From Trichoplax adhaerens (lineage: Eukaryota > Animalia > Placozoa), in contig NW_002060943.1 of the NCBI RefSeq assembly GCF_000150275.1, positions 2,818,462 to 2,882,461 of the forward strand: DNA of 64,000 nt. The letters are read 5' to 3'. Positions 15,101-29,575 of the stretch are shown here, piece by piece. Every line of letters starts with the position of its first letter. Positions within the stretch are counted from its first letter, which is position 1. The notes under the pieces are model-generated. The model was given only the letters and a program-made list of their open reading frames with translations. It was not told the origin of the DNA and did no database searches. A program made the translations under genes and the position numbers.

Positions 15101-16319
15101 CTCGTCCACTAGTGCATGATGTATACTGTATTATAGTTGCACCAACAATACAGTCAAGACTCAGGGGGCTGAATGTCTACCGTGTAAACTGCTAGTCAAT
15201 TACAGTACTTTACAGTGTGCATTGTAGCGTCCAAAGTGAGTAGCAAGTTGGCCACGGCAGAGTCCATACAATACAGTACAGTCAGTATGGCAGTTCGGTT
15301 GACAAGAGTGAACCAATGGCTCCCTTGCTGGAAGCAATTTCCACTAGTTGGTTGATCCTCTTGCTTGCTTTCTATCACCTAATTCTCTCTATTCTATGCT
15401 AAAATGTGTATTCAATATCGAGCTACATTCTTGACATCCAACAAAGATTGTAACAGTAAATAAGGTAAACAGTAACTAAATCCTGTCTTTCGTTACGATA
15501 TTGGACAAGGAAGTACCAATTGATTTGGGATGCTTGTATGATAACTGTACCCACTGACAATCCAGCAAAAATAGAGTCAATTACCTTCAGTGAAATGGTC
15601 GATTCAATGTTCATCATTGGCGTGATGGAACATGCATCATGGCCAAGTTACGAGTATGCAAGGTATATTTAGAACTGATTGTTAAAACTTGGAATAACTC
15701 TGTCCGTTAGTATACTGTAGAGTATGAATATCAAGTCATTTTGTCGATTGTCTAGACAAATTATGCAATAGCCCTACAACATTCGTTACAGTTTTGCCAA
15801 CGAAGGCTAGCTGTCGGTTAATGCAGAAGCTTGACATCGCTAACATAACAATGTTTCAGAAATGAATTTGACTTTGGAAACTGTTATCAATACCACTGCA
15901 GAGCTGGAATAAATTAACCAACAGATTAACTATAATTATCACCCTACATATTATTATCCAGTAGCAGGTCGTTTTAATATGGATCAAAAGGGTAAAACTG
16001 ATTCCTTGTTAGTGCTAATTCGCTTTACTGATTGCAAGATTCGTGGACAAATTATAGACGGTATCCTATCAGTGACGTGCCATAGCAAGCAAAAGATGTT
16101 GTTAAGCAAGCTACAGTATACTACAGCAATCTACATAGCAATAATAGCCTTTTCAACAGTACACAAATAGTCCATTACGCTTGATATAATTGTCAAGGAT
16201 TCATGTGCAAGATAAAGCAAGTTTACCTCGCTGTTCACTTCTCCCATATCCACCGGTAGAATATGATAGACTTTTTTAGCTGGTGGAGTTTCTCCAGCAC
16301 TCTCGGCGGCGCGCTTCAT
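9139..16319 (-). CDS. BRE1: E3 ubiquitin ligase BRE1 (RNF20/RNF40 ortholog, H2B monoubiquitination), multi-exon
   Basis: Exon 1 16227-16319 [16 protein letters not shown]..; exon 2 from 13977 [15 protein letters not shown]. Coiled-coil exons include [43 protein letters not shown]. The terminal RING is [55 protein letters not shown], with stop at 9139-9141. Confidence 0.96.
14618..14639. repeat. (TACAG)n microsatellite in BRE1 intron 1
   Basis: tacagtacagtacagtacagta read directly. Confidence 0.75.
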
Positions 16320-16431
16320 TTTGCCAACAAGACGTAGGTAGAATTGAAGAGTAGACGGACACAGTGGACTGGCACCACCAAACTTGACGCTACGGCTGTT
16401 TAGATAGGTTTGCGACGACGCAGTAGCAGTC

Positions 16432-16897
16432 CAGTACAGTACAGTGTACAGTACATACTGAGCAATACTGTACAGTACAGTACACTTCAGCGGTCAAAAT
16501 TGCGCGCAGTACTGACGGTACTGTGTGCTATACTGCTCAGTACAGTTTTGAGCGATAATGTCACACGGACTACAGCAATCCAAGAGATTCTCTTCTTAAC
16601 GCTAGACCCCGTCACTTTACAGTACTGTATGACAATATTGATAACCAACTTCTTTCAGATCTACTGTACTGTACAAGCTCATAAAGACTTAACATACAAG
16701 GTGTAGTAAGACTTGAGAATTTGAACACAGAGACAGGGTTGGAAGAAAAGAAAAGAAACAATCATCTCGTCTTCCGTACTGTCCCTACAAGTCCAACGCC
16801 TGACGGTCAGTACTGTACCTTACCAAAGTCAGTACTGTAATGTACAGTGTACAGTACAGAACTGGGTTAGGGTTACGGTTCTACAATGTACTGTACT
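16432..16897. promoter_or_regulatory. GTAC[A/T] pentamer array in BRE1/HPS4 divergent promoter region
   Basis: Dense mixed ACAGT/ACTGT units in two lobes (~16432-16675, ~16808-16897) between the BRE1 ATG and HPS4. The promoter role is inferred from position only. Confidence 0.6.
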
Positions 16898-17872
16898 TCC
16901 ATGGTTTGCGCACCCGCAGATAGTTCAACGAGTGACGACATCTATGCATCGAGTTTCCTGGTGAAGTGAAACAAGTGAAGTGAAGTTGCTGATCGTCATC
17001 GACATGATCCATCATCATATTCATGCATCACCAATGGCAATAAAATTTCACTGCTGGATATTTATTTACTGCTGAAGAAGATTCGCTTTATGGAAGAAAC
17101 TTAAACTCGACAGTGAAAAATTGATTTTAGAAAGGTATAAGTAAATCAACTTGTTCTCGACTTCATCAACTTCCCGTTCGTGTAAGTCGGACGATACAAT
17201 CAAGATTGAATATCTGCGAGAACATGTTACATCTGTATCAGCATCGCTATGATTTTACCTTACAAAAATGCCTGTCTAGCCCTTAAATCAGCAGTATTAA
17301 ACAGTTTCCATATCATTTTATGCCTTATTCAATTGGACAACTTAAGATACCGTAGTCAATCTTTGTTCATATTCCAAACACGCATAGTCTCATCCACTCA
17401 AGAAGTTGCGATCAGGGATGTTGATGATGAGCAAATAAATTCATTTTCTTTCATTAAGGAATAATAGACTTACTTGACTGACGACATTATGGCCAGTATT
17501 GTTTTTTTCGTATTCAACTTCGGTTACTATACTGTATTAAACTATCCCAAAGTGATACAAATCGATAAACTAAAGTTTAAGTTTTGCATAATTTGTGTGT
17601 TTACTCGATTGCGATGATAAGCAGTTCAAATTCCAATCGGTGCTGGTAGTCAGGAATAGTAAAAATTTTACATTTAAAACTATGATGTAATACAATAGGA
17701 TTGAGTTATATGGAAGCAGGTAGATATAAAAATTCCCGGGCATACTACAATCCTGGTTACAAGCTGCATTTTCTGCGCGCATTTAGTATTGTCAAATTAT
17801 TTCTTGTCTGAAAAGACTTAAATCCATTGACGCTAAACATAGAGCTTATTCATTTATGCTAGGTTATTGAAA

Positions 17873-20800
17873 ATGAATCAAACAAATAAGACGGATTTAA
17901 CTGGTGATGATACCTTATTGTTTCCTGCTCAATTCTGCTTAATACTTGATTTACGAAACTGGGATGAAGAAAGTGAAAATACATCTGATTGTCTAGTATA
18001 TCACTATCCTGACGTAAGTACACGTATACTAGCTTTAAAATATTAATTATACTGGACTTGCTATCGGTCTGATCGAAATCCAACATTATTTCTTGACACT
18101 TTCATCATTCGTTGATATGCCTTCGAATACATTTTACGGTAATATGCAATTCTCGATGGCCCTCGCCGGTATTGCATAACGACTACTCTACACTGTACTA
18201 ATCCTAATGGCTATTGTACTGTAATACCCAATCGATTAATGCTGATCCATTTCATATGTTGAATTCAATAAAGTTGCACCTCTAGAATGACATTGAAGTT
18301 TTGAACTAGCTATAAGAACATGCAATTAGAATATTTATTTTACGTGGACATTCTTCCAAGACATAAATAAAGCATCAAAATTATCCATTACAAGGGTATT
18401 ACTATTATTAATGATGCATAATTTATAAAGATTATGCCAACATTACCATATGATGTTTACTACAGAGGTCTACTACATAGTCTACAGCTTCTGTGGAAAA
18501 ATATAGCAAAGTATATTTTTAAAGTTGTGAGGATATTGTCTACCAAAACGTTAATTAGTCTTCTAGATTATCATAACAACAGTGGCAGCTATTCAATATA
18601 ATTTTGCTCTCAAAACGAACACGATGACATATTGCCACTATCTTTTGTTCTATCTTGTTATCAACACCTCTCAACTTTTCAGTTGTCACCTCGTGTTCAG
18701 TTTGCTGCATAATTAATTACTTTTGCGACTGCTATTAATTAAGCTATCAGTTGTTTTGCTTGAAATACATCCCCCAAATGACCTTCATTTAAAAGTATGA
18801 TAGTCTTAATAGCATTAGATTTCATTGAGACATCAATATAACGACAATACACTTATTATTGCGCTTCCTAAGTCTGGTTGAGGTAGCGCTATTTATGCAA
18901 TGTTGAGAATAAAATATTTGAATAATTAAGTGATATTATTTGATAATAGGACGAGAGCGTCAGAAGTGAAGTATGCAAGCAGCTTTTGGGTTGTTTTCTG
19001 GTTAATCAGTCTTTTACTAGCAGTAGTAAGCTACTACTTTATAGCAGAAAAAGCAAGATCAGAATTTTGAAGCACAAAGATTTCGTTCTGGTAAGTAATT
19101 GACTGAAAGATACATCAGCTATTACCGAGCTAAATGAATCGATTATATATTTATAATTGTAATTATAGATAAATACTATACTGTATACACTACAGATAGT
19201 GTAACTGATATTTTAGTAATTTCCAATTTGGATCATGTCTAATTAAAGCGACATTACAGGACGGTATGAGAAAAAACTTACGTAGAATATTAGTTGCAAT
19301 TTATCGAACTACGGTAACGCATTATTTGACTACCCGTATGATTAAATACTAAGAAATATCTAGTGCAATGTAGCGATGTACAGTAAGGATATTGCGTTAT
19401 TACTAAGATATTGCCCAGATGAACTTGCTGCCTGTAGTTTTACTTGCAGGTTAGATTGCGGGGTCATGCACTTTTCCATCAAATATCCCAGTAGAGTAGT
19501 AATATCTTGCGTGCACTTGGAGTGAACGAATTGGTTTCTAATTTCCTCTGAAAGAGCAATTATATCATACAGTAAACTGAGCAACGTTTGCTTTGCTCTA
19601 AAATTACTACTCTCTTTCTTAACAGAGTAAAGCATACCATGACACTATTATGCTATTTAGTTCTCTTATTACGATCAGAGCTCATCTTTCCCAAGTAATG
19701 TAATGGATGTAAACTGACAAAAGGTGTGCTTAGCATCAGTAATTATTTAATATAGAGAAATTTCTATCATAAAGTTAATATTCCTCACTCTATGGAAATT
19801 ATAGCTACTGAAAGTCTGGTGACTGTTAGCTAGCTAATTAGTCAGGTTACTAGGATGATCTTTCAAGCAAAGCCATAAACATTGTGTCTAACCTAAATTT
19901 GCCTCAAGTTTGTTTCCTCATGGTCTACGATTTTTTTAAAATGCTTAATACATGTTATCTTATTTTTGAACAGTTTCTTGGGAATCACGTCAAAAGTCTT
20001 GGCATGACGATAAAGTGCCAAATGGAATTTTTACTTAATACTTTCCAGTTTTTTTATTGCGATTTTGACGTGTTATTGGAGGTTAAACAATATTTACCAA
20101 TAAATAGCGTTTCTAGCACTATCTTATCAAAATATGATAATATAATGGAAATATAGTAGTAACTTTCAATTACTGTTTGCAATATGCCTACTTCTTATCA
20201 TGATTAATAGGCATGCAATGGCGATCGCAGAGAGTTTTTGGCTCGTATGAAAAACATTGGTGACGTACTAATGGAATTAATTTTTAGTGCTAATACAGAA
20301 TATTTGTCTTGCTTTGGGAAATTTCCTTGCCGAATTATGCCCAGGGTACTTAGTGTCTTCAAATAGATGTTTTACTGAGCTTCATGTAACCTGGTTGAAT
20401 AATCTTTCGGAATGGTTTTAATTCAATATTAGGGGAGTAGAGCTTTGAGTGAGTTAATTATTCCAATATTACAAGAATGTAAAGAAAAGTTTGACGTCAT
20501 TGCTGGCGCGATGTTATACAAGAATTGGTACAAATTCCACTGATCAAATAGCATTGTATAAATGTCGCAGCCGATTAATGATACGTGTATTGTTATTCTA
20601 CCAGGATCATATGCAGCCACTTTCACCCGAATACAACTTCATATCTCAGTCTTTTAAGGCATGGACGTAATTCGGTAATGACATCATTTTTGTGCTTCGT
20701 TTCTGCTTATTGTATCGGCTTATAGTCTGTTGTATAGTTGCACATAATTATAATTTTTTAACTAACATAATTCTTATTTTGCACATGTTGATAGGAAATT

Positions 20801-23084
20801 TTTAACATAGCATTCGAAGGTAAGGTGTACGTATATGATTCGTAATGGCGTTATTGTTATATCGATAGCAAGACTAGTTAGTATAGTTGTAATGTTAATT
20901 AAAATGTAAGGATTTCTATATCTTGCGTAAGTATTAAATATCAGAATGCAGAAACTACTTTTCGGAGTCTCTTCCTAATTCAGTCTGCAATAGAGCGGCA
21001 AATATATGGCTGTAAATTCACCATCTGTATTTTGTGTTTAATGTTGCTTTTAGACAATGGAAAACTTTCCGATAAAGTTAAAATTGTCTCTGTCCATATG
21101 CCTGTCGATGAGTTGAAAGATTACTTAGACAAATTTGATAATACCGATGAAAGCTCAAATAGCCGCTATAGAAGCCGTCAGAGTATGGTATATTCACCGT
21201 CAGCTTCAATCATCAGTAATCGATTCACCTCAACTCCAGTCCATCGTCGCAGTTTATCCTTTCAGCATTCGTCTACGCTACCAGATAGCTTTCCACAAGA
21301 CTTCCATGAAATTTCTTACAACAGTGTAGAAATAGACACAAGTACAACGGATACAAATTCAGTTGATCGAACTAGTTGCAGCGATTACAGGGAGTGCGAC
21401 GGTAGTAGCGAAGGATCTGCTGCTGCAATACCGATGATCGCATCCCTTGACATTGGAGGTAATGCACCTACCCACAATTATCATTTCGGTAAAGATACAG
21501 AGGATACAGGCGAGGAAAGTACTGAAGAAACTCAAATTACCTTATTAAGCCAAGTGAGCGAGGTATTGTCATAAATTTGTACATTGTTGCAAGCATATGG
21601 AAATCGCAATCTTGATTAAATTATTAAATTGAAATTAGTTAATAACACCAATTTTTGTTTAACTGTTGACTAAAAGTGTATCAACTATTTTCTTTATTAT
21701 GTTTGCATTAAAGAATATGAGAACAGAAATTGAATGCGAACCTGAAATGCAACTGCATAAACCCTCTATTAGTACTCAAGGTTCAATCAATTGTACTGAA
21801 GATACTGACGACCATACGATAAAATTTGATGATACTGGTCCTGCAATGGAAAGCAATTCTAGCCCACAAAGTCTAGAAAACAATAACGAAATTTCCTCTC
21901 CTCAAAGTATCATAAAATCGTCGTCTTTAAGTAATTTACGGTGGCTAAACAATGGCAAAGATCAGAGCCATCTATATGAGGTTAATCGTAGCTTCAGTTC
22001 GGTTATAATTGTACCACAACTTCAGATATATGAAACATTGGAATTCTGGTTTCACCGTTTGTGTAGAGATGATAGTTTCCATTAATAAATATAGATTGTG
22101 ATGTTTCTTGTCCGTCAATTTAGGATTTGAAAGAATCGAAGCGAGTTTGTTTATATTTTCAATGTCATTCGGAAACGTCCTTGGCTTTACTGCTACATCC
22201 AGACAGAGAATACGATCTTAAAAGATACAATTCTATGGTAATACTTGTATGGATATGCTATAATTATACCACATATCTATTAGAATGTTCAAAAGAAACG
22301 ATTACAATATAATTTCATATCTCTATCTATTGTAGCCGTGCCATGAGTTTATTCTGCTGTTGTTATGGAACTTTTGTTTTAGACCGTAAAAATTGATACA
22401 TTTAAAAAATTTCTATATTTTAATCATAAAGTGTTCGATTTCATACAGTTTATTCAATGTCTTGGGTGGATTGGAGAAATGGAGAGCCATATAAGTAGGA
22501 TACCGGTTAAAAAAAATGAGGCATATACCGATTGATATGATATTAAGGTGATTACATCAATTGTAGTTACAAGGTAAATCTAAATATTATCTACTCGTCT
22601 ATTTAATGTCCCTTAGGCTTCCTCCCTTAAGTATTCATTTATGACGCATTCACGTCGTTACTTTAGTACCAAAGGTTAGCATTATACAAAGTTGCAATAA
22701 AGCTTGGATCCGAATTTTTAATTTAACACAGGTATATTGATGTAGATAATTTAGAGGATCTCAATCAGAGTCAACGAGCTGACTGTATCAATTTGATAGC
22801 TCATATGGAGAGCGTCCTTAATGGGAGCCAAGACATCAGCAACGTAACCTTAAGGTAATCGCAAATAGCCTCCGTAAGGAAGTAATGCCGTAGTACTTGA
22901 TAATGTAAACGATCATACTAAAATTTTACTATTCCTGTTTAGAAATCATCGCGGTACTGCTCACATGCATCGTCTTGGTAAACGGGAAACATTTCTTCAA
23001 GTCCCGAAAGGCGTTAACTCAGCTAAAGCGCAAAATCTTGCCAGCCGCTATTTTGACGATGGATATAAAGTGCACTCACTCTAG
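17873..23084 (+). CDS. HPS4: HPS4-like BLOC-3 subunit (longin domains, Rab32/38 GEF), multi-exon
   Basis: Exons 17873-18013 (..FCLILDLRNWDEESENTSDCLVYHYPD), 18950-19090 (..EVCKQLLG..KIRILKHKDFVL), 19974-20082 (FLG..FLLNTFQFFYC) and ~20432 (ILQECKEKFDVIAGAMLYKN) parallel HPS4 longin motifs (ICYFYP, LCGQIAG, FFNFYNG, ILQTC..ILAGCILYKG). A Ser-rich central insert follows, then C-terminal VCLYFQCHSETSLALLL and VTLRNHRGTAHMHRLGKRETFLQ; stop TAG 23082-23084. Divergent, so orthology rests on motif order. Confidence 0.78.
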
Positions 23085-25314
23085 CAATGTTATTTTCAAT
23101 TTGTTACAATGGAAACATAATCGTGATCATGATTCTGTACTTCCAAATGAATTGCTATATGATGAACACTAAATATTGTATTATACATTGATAAATTTAA
23201 ACTTAAACAATTATCTACCGTAACAAAAGCAGTGCCTAAGGTAGATCGTTGTTACAGTCTAACAAATACGGTAATTAATAATGCAATACGGGCAAATCTT
23301 GCAATTGGTATGTAAACATAAGATCGACCTGCTTGCTGATACTTCACTGCACATTACACATACTGTTTAGCAGGATTAAAAATCAAAAATCGAATTGTAT
23401 ATAAATGACATAATTATGAAGAAAAAATTGTCGGCATAATATGTAAAGTTATTACGTAATAATGGATTAATTCTGTTATTCCTGACTGTGTTGTAACAAT
23501 AAGTCATATCTAACCGATTACACAATAGAATTAATCAGAAATTATAATTTACTTTAACTCAAAATTTTCAGGATATTGTAGCTGCTACTGCTCGATACCA
23601 AATGTCACCTGTACTATAGAGATTCGAGATGTATATTAAAAACTTTTCCAATTGATATTCAATCGGAAAATTTTTAAGTTAATCGATTAACACTAATGTG
23701 ATATCAATTTCTACAGCTTTAGCGATCAACAAGAAACTGTTTCAACATACTCATCACCTTTAGTTCGTTTATGTTAGGATTAACTTAACATGGCGATATC
23801 ACTTTGCAACATGATTATGGCAATAATTTCTAGAATGTTACCGTCAATGCACGAAATCCAGTTAATTTTGCGCATTCTAAGTGATGCGGCATAACCGACA
23901 CTTGGTAGATTAACAACCAATGTTTACTTGTAAACTATTGTAATGAAAATAAATCATTGCAATTTCTTTTACAAATAATATGTGATAATTCAAATGATGG
24001 AAAGAAATTAATGTTATTAAAGTCATTTTGAAATCAGTCAGAGATACTAGTATCAGTTCAATAATTCACGCCGACTTACAAAATTGACAAATTTTCGTGC
24101 AACTCATTACTGAAAATGTGTTTAATATAATCTAATTAGTTATAGCTTGACTATTTTTAAAAATCCTTTGATTATGACATTTGATCATTTAAATAATGCT
24201 ACAGTATCCCAAAATGGAGGATTTACTACTACGGTATCGAGCAAATAACCACTCTATAACATCAAAAGTCTATCGATCATATACTGCTGACGAAACAGTA
24301 ACTACAGTATCAAACGATATAGTATCTGACTACTAGTAATCGATATACTACAAATGCATGCAGAAAACTCTCATACCAAATGAATCACACCTGACGATGA
24401 CATCAAAACTTGTCCATAACTTTATACGTGAACAATGCATAGTTAGTCAAAACATAAAAAAACATTAGTATTCTCTACAGTACACCTATAAAAACCTAAA
24501 TCATACTACATACTAACGTCAAGTGTTCCAGTGATAAAATCGAACATTATCGGTACTTAAAGCAGTTATTTATAGTAAAAGAGTAAATCACAGATTTACA
24601 TTATTCATTGATCATTAATTTTTACACGTAAATTTTATAGAACTTAAATGCAGCGCGAGTAAAGATTTGAGTAGTATACAATAGCGTACAGCTCTTTGCT
24701 CAATTGACGTATTCAATAAATGAGTATGGATAGATATAATAATAGAATTTGCACCAAGGTAATTCGAATACTGTCCACAAATTCCGATATGGGCAATTTA
24801 GCTCCACAACGACACAAACACGATCAGTAGTTAGGATATATGCTAACAGCAATACCATTGTAAAATCCTTCCGTTATATGTGTAGATAGCATCAGACTGG
24901 TTAACATATGGACAATAAATTTACTTTGTGGCAGATTAATATATAAGTAGTGTTTAAATTTATAACTGTAAATATATAACGCTTGATTAATCTCTAACAT
25001 CAAGTGTAAGTATACAAATGGTAGTACGCATGGTCAGCGACATGTGATGTCCTCAGTTATGCAAGCATTACACCATGATTATTTTCATTTGCAAATACGA
25101 AGTTATGATCATGCAAATACTAAACATAAACACTATTATGTCTCAACAAAGCTACATGATACAAAATCTATTTAAACTAAACAAAACTAAATTGAATGAT
25201 AGATATTTTTCAGATATTTAAACTTTTCGCAGAAGTCAACATGAAAATTTTTCGTGTTATATAATATAATTTAAAGACAACATCGTTCACGTACTTGAAA
25301 TTATTCTAATAACA

Positions 25315-28300
25315 TTAATCATATGACGTTTGACTTTCTCTTACACATTGCGCTACCAATCTCTTAAATTTTTCTTTATTTTCCCTCCAGTCCTTCTACA
25401 AGATATAACAAAGTATAAGAGATTAGTTTCTTTTCATATTATTAGCATACATCGATGTAGCTAGAGTGTTTCATTATTTTTCGATAGTGATACAACTTAA
25501 AAGTAATGCAATATAATTTTAAACGACATGTAAGCGATTATCAACAATTCCAAGCTAATTTCTTACAGCTGCATCAATATTGGCCGGAGATTCATCATTC
25601 GGATCAGCCAACATAGAAATAACACTTAAAAGTATAGTTTCAACGGTATGAATAGGTCTCCATCTTTCTGATGACTTTTCGTAACCAAATTTATCCTCTC
25701 CTGGTTCATGTAGTATTGATATGCAAACTTTGCCGTCCTTATCGACTAAGCAATACCGGAATGCATTACGATAGGTGGGTTAGTTTAGCAATGACCCCTT
25801 TAGTTATCCACATGACTGGAAAAGATATTGATACTGTAATCATGAAACTTACCATTTGGATGATAAATTTTAGTTTGAAATTGCATAACCGGAGGGCGTT
25901 GTGGATAATCTCTAGGGAAATCTAGATGAGCTTTAAAGAAGCCTCCTTCACTGATAGCAAATGCGTTAAAGAAGAAATAATGATGCTACGCTAGATAGGC
26001 ATAATATCGCAAGAGATTAATAAAAATCTAAAAAAGTCCCGGTTCAACATATCATTGCTAAGGTAGTGAATTTACTTTGACTCAATCTAGGTTACAAACT
26101 AGATGGTTATTACTGTACAAAAGAAGATAATCTTCCAAAAATGGTTCGGGATATCATCATTATAATAAAGACTAGTGATTGTACAGTCAGTGACAGTATA
26201 TCAGATACAATGGCGTGTCGGGAGGCCCAATTATCATTACTGCCCATTTAAAAATGTCATCGTCTTGCAATCCTGCGGAAAATCCTTCGGTAGGTTTCCT
26301 TTGAAGTTCTGTAAGAAGATTAAAATTTAACATTAGACTCATCAAGAGATTGAGAGAAAACGTTAGTAGTTTTCATCCAGTCTATAAATGGTAGTAAGCT
26401 CTAAATGTGCATGATTTCGAATAATGTACAATATTATTCCCCAAGACCATTCTCGATACTAACTAAACGTAAAGAAACAAGTATTGCTATGCGTATATCA
26501 GCTACTGATGTACAATGAACGATTGCTAATACAGCAAAACCACTAAGGAAACCATGACAGAATCTTGATATCTGTATAGCACTTTAAGTAAATTAAATTT
26601 AATGAATTCTTTCCTAATCGAGTATCATTGCAGTTTGCAATCACAAGTAATTCTGAAATCAACCTCTTTGTATTCTATTTAATACAATAACATGCAACGT
26701 CGATTAAGCTAATACGGCAGTATACAAATAACTTGAATACAATTAAATGCCATAAAATGTAAGCCATTGCAATGTTCCACACTAATGATAGGAAAAGTTT
26801 CAATCACAGCATAGGGCATATCCACTGCAGAAATAGGACATGAAAAAGTTGAAAACTACTGTATGCCGTCTAATTTCTACTTGACTACGCATCCGATTTG
26901 TCATTGATGTAGATGGGTACTAGTATAGCTTCAAAAGCTACAATGGCCTATCAGCAATCAAGGGATTTGACTGCGTATCTACCAAATGGTTTTTGTAATT
27001 TTTATGATAGAAATTTAGAATTCCAAATAAGCTAATCCACTAGCGAGGTTAATTTTAAGCTATCCAGGACGTAACTACTAACTACAAGACAATGAAAACA
27101 TCTTGTAATTACATCCACTATATAAAATAATTGGTCCATAATAAGAACACTTTATTTTGTAAGCATTTCTTGGTGATTCATGACTATCTGCAGCTTTAGT
27201 TAGCAGACTTGGATGTAGTCAGTCATTTAAGACATACCGTAATAAGGGGGGGGGGGGTTATGATTATCGATATTAACTATATTATTGCTTTCTTGTAGGA
27301 AGTTTACTTAATCAGTCTACAAGTAGAGAAAATGAAGGCAGTACGTTTGCCATCAATCACATGAAGCGATTACCACAGTACGCGAGTCGTATTTGTAGTA
27401 TCCAGTACGGCGAAAGCCATGACATTTCAATGTCGCTATGATTTCAAAGTACTTTACGACTTGTGCTGTCTATGCGATGTCGATTTTAGCAATACAGTCT
27501 ACCTTTAGCGTAAGTAAGAAACGACAGAATGTAAGGAAAACTCTCGAAGATACCAGTAGACTGTTCCAAAGGCGATTTTGGAGAGAAAAAGACGAGTATA
27601 AACTTAACGTGACGACGAACATACTATGCATAATATGCTTGCGTATAAAATTAATTAATTAATCTATTGTAAGATAGGAAAAGTGCAGTACTGTACATTA
27701 GACTATGAAGAATTTGTCCTTCTAAGCTAATTACATCGACCATCGAATGTCATTCTACTGTCAAGTTTCTAATTATCCATTTTTCCTTGATAGCATCGTC
27801 TAATAGTGGTAGTAAAAGTGTATAATGTGGTAGAAGATGTTTTCATTCTGCAACTGTTTGCATGGGCAGTATACCTACCCATACCTACGGACAGCATTGT
27901 AGGTTTTGTAACGAGTTTGCCTTCATTCTATCAGTCAATAGTACCTGTACTATACTGTATGGTTGCATAGCCACGGTCAAGGGTACCGTATGAACACTAT
28001 AGCACAGTGGTTGTTCTGTATGGCATACGCTATTCAGTATCCATTTATTTCAAATTGGGAAAATGGTAAATGTCAGAAGAATACTGTAGTAGCCAGAAGT
28101 AAAATAGCCTATCTCAGTAATCACTCTATCGATCGGTAGTTTACGCTCAATGTTTTTATAATGGCGAAAATACGATAAAAGTGACGATTTGAACCGGAAA
28201 AGTGGTCTATCGATTTGCTCTTATCGACCCTTAACCTGGAGTAGATTCGATGGTATCACCTACGCTTTCACCATCTTGTCGACAGTACATATAGATTGAT

Positions 28301-28639
28301 ATTTTTTCTAGCTAAGACACGGTACTGTTCAGGCTATTCCGAGTTGATTTTTGTAGGAGAAAAAGCAATAAAAAAAGGTTTTTGCATGGACTGACTGATC
28401 TAGTGGGTACAAACACTGTAGTCCAATATGTGATGTGAACAATGCATGTATTGATGAACATGATAGCAATATTTTCCTCTTTCATTGATACAACCATAGA
28501 ATAGAAATAACGCTGTCTTTCATCAAATCGATCCATCTCAGTCATCGTCTGAAAGAATGGATTATAGATGAACACAAGCCTTGCAATAAATCCTACCTTG
28601 TAACTGGCGACGAAGCAACAATGCCGCTTGATCGGCCAT
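25315..28639 (-). CDS. UBE2G1: Ubiquitin-conjugating enzyme E2 G1, 5 coding exons
   Basis: MADQAALLLRRQLQ (28597-28639) / ELQRKPTEGFSAGLQDDDIFKWAVMIIGPPDTP (26209-26308) / FEGGFFKAHLDFPRDYPQRPP..YHPN / VDKDGKVCISILHEPGEDKFGYEKSSERWRPIHTVETILLSVISMLADPNDESPANIDAA / KDWRENK..SYD*. Contains the catalytic Cys and the acidic loop of the Ubc7/UBE2G class. Confidence 0.96.
27246..27257. repeat. G12 homopolymer in UBE2G1 intron 1
   Basis: Run of 12 G in AT-rich context. Confidence 0.8.
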
Positions 28640-28753
28640 TTGGAGTTCTTCAAAGTGCGAAATAAATCGACAGCAAGCTATAGACTAAAATCGAAGATCC
28701 CTCAAAAAAATTGTGTTTGATTTACGGTACAAACTTTTCTTGCTGGCGTCTGT

Positions 28754-29575
28754 GCACTGTACACTGTACACTGTCCAGTTACGGCGTCTACCGTGCGTCT
28801 ACAGTACTGTACCGTACAGTGTACCGTCTCCCCTCTACAGTGGACAGTACTGTATCGGTTCATTGATTGATTTCCGCGCACAAAGCTGGATAGCACCACT
28901 ATGGATGGTGGTGTCAACCCTAGCCGGTGTCAACTTGGCACTTTATCCTTTTTTCTTACAGTACAGTACTGTACATACAGTACTGTACACTGTACAGTAC
29001 AGTGTTGTTTTTACCTTGTACTGTACTGTACTGTACTGTACATTATACTGTACTATACTGTACACTGTACAGTACAGTACGGTACAACAAACAAAAGCTC
29101 TAATAGTAGTAAGTACTGTACACTGTACTGTACAGTACAGTACAATACAACACTGTACAGTACAGTACTGTACAGTATACTGCACACAATGGTGGTACTG
29201 TAATACAACACAGTACCACCAATACAGTACCACAAAACAAGGACCACTATGGTCTTCTGCTCCTCAATCCTCACTCAGCCGAGTCATTTTAACTCATGGA
29301 CTACAGTACTAAATACTGTAAATCACAGGATTGATTGATTGGATTTTAGCACTCCAGGATACTGTACTGTACTGTACAGAACAGTACACTGTAGAGACTC
29401 TGTCTACTGTACTGTACAGTACTGTACAGCCTGTACAGAGTGCAGTGTACTGTAGACTCTGTAGTACGGTTCAGGAAAACACACCCCATGTGTTACCAAG
29501 TGCACATTCGACAGTGTCCGTTTACAGTACAGTACATACAGTACAGTACAGTACTGTAGTGTACTGTCTTCAGTA
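28754..29575. repeat. Largest GTAC[A/T] pentamer array, immediately upstream of UBE2G1
   Basis: ~800 bp of mixed ACAGT/ACTGT and occasional GTACACT units. It generates the spurious 'STVQY/LYCTV' ORFs on both strands. Confidence 0.9.

Noticed and set aside
17249-17464. ORF as the first HPS4 coding exon
   Set aside because: No suitable donor before its stop; the exon at 17873-18013 already supplies the HPS4 N-terminal motif.
19360-19635. 91-aa antisense ORF inside an HPS4 intron
   Set aside because: No recognisable motif and no flanking exons I can link; consistent with chance.
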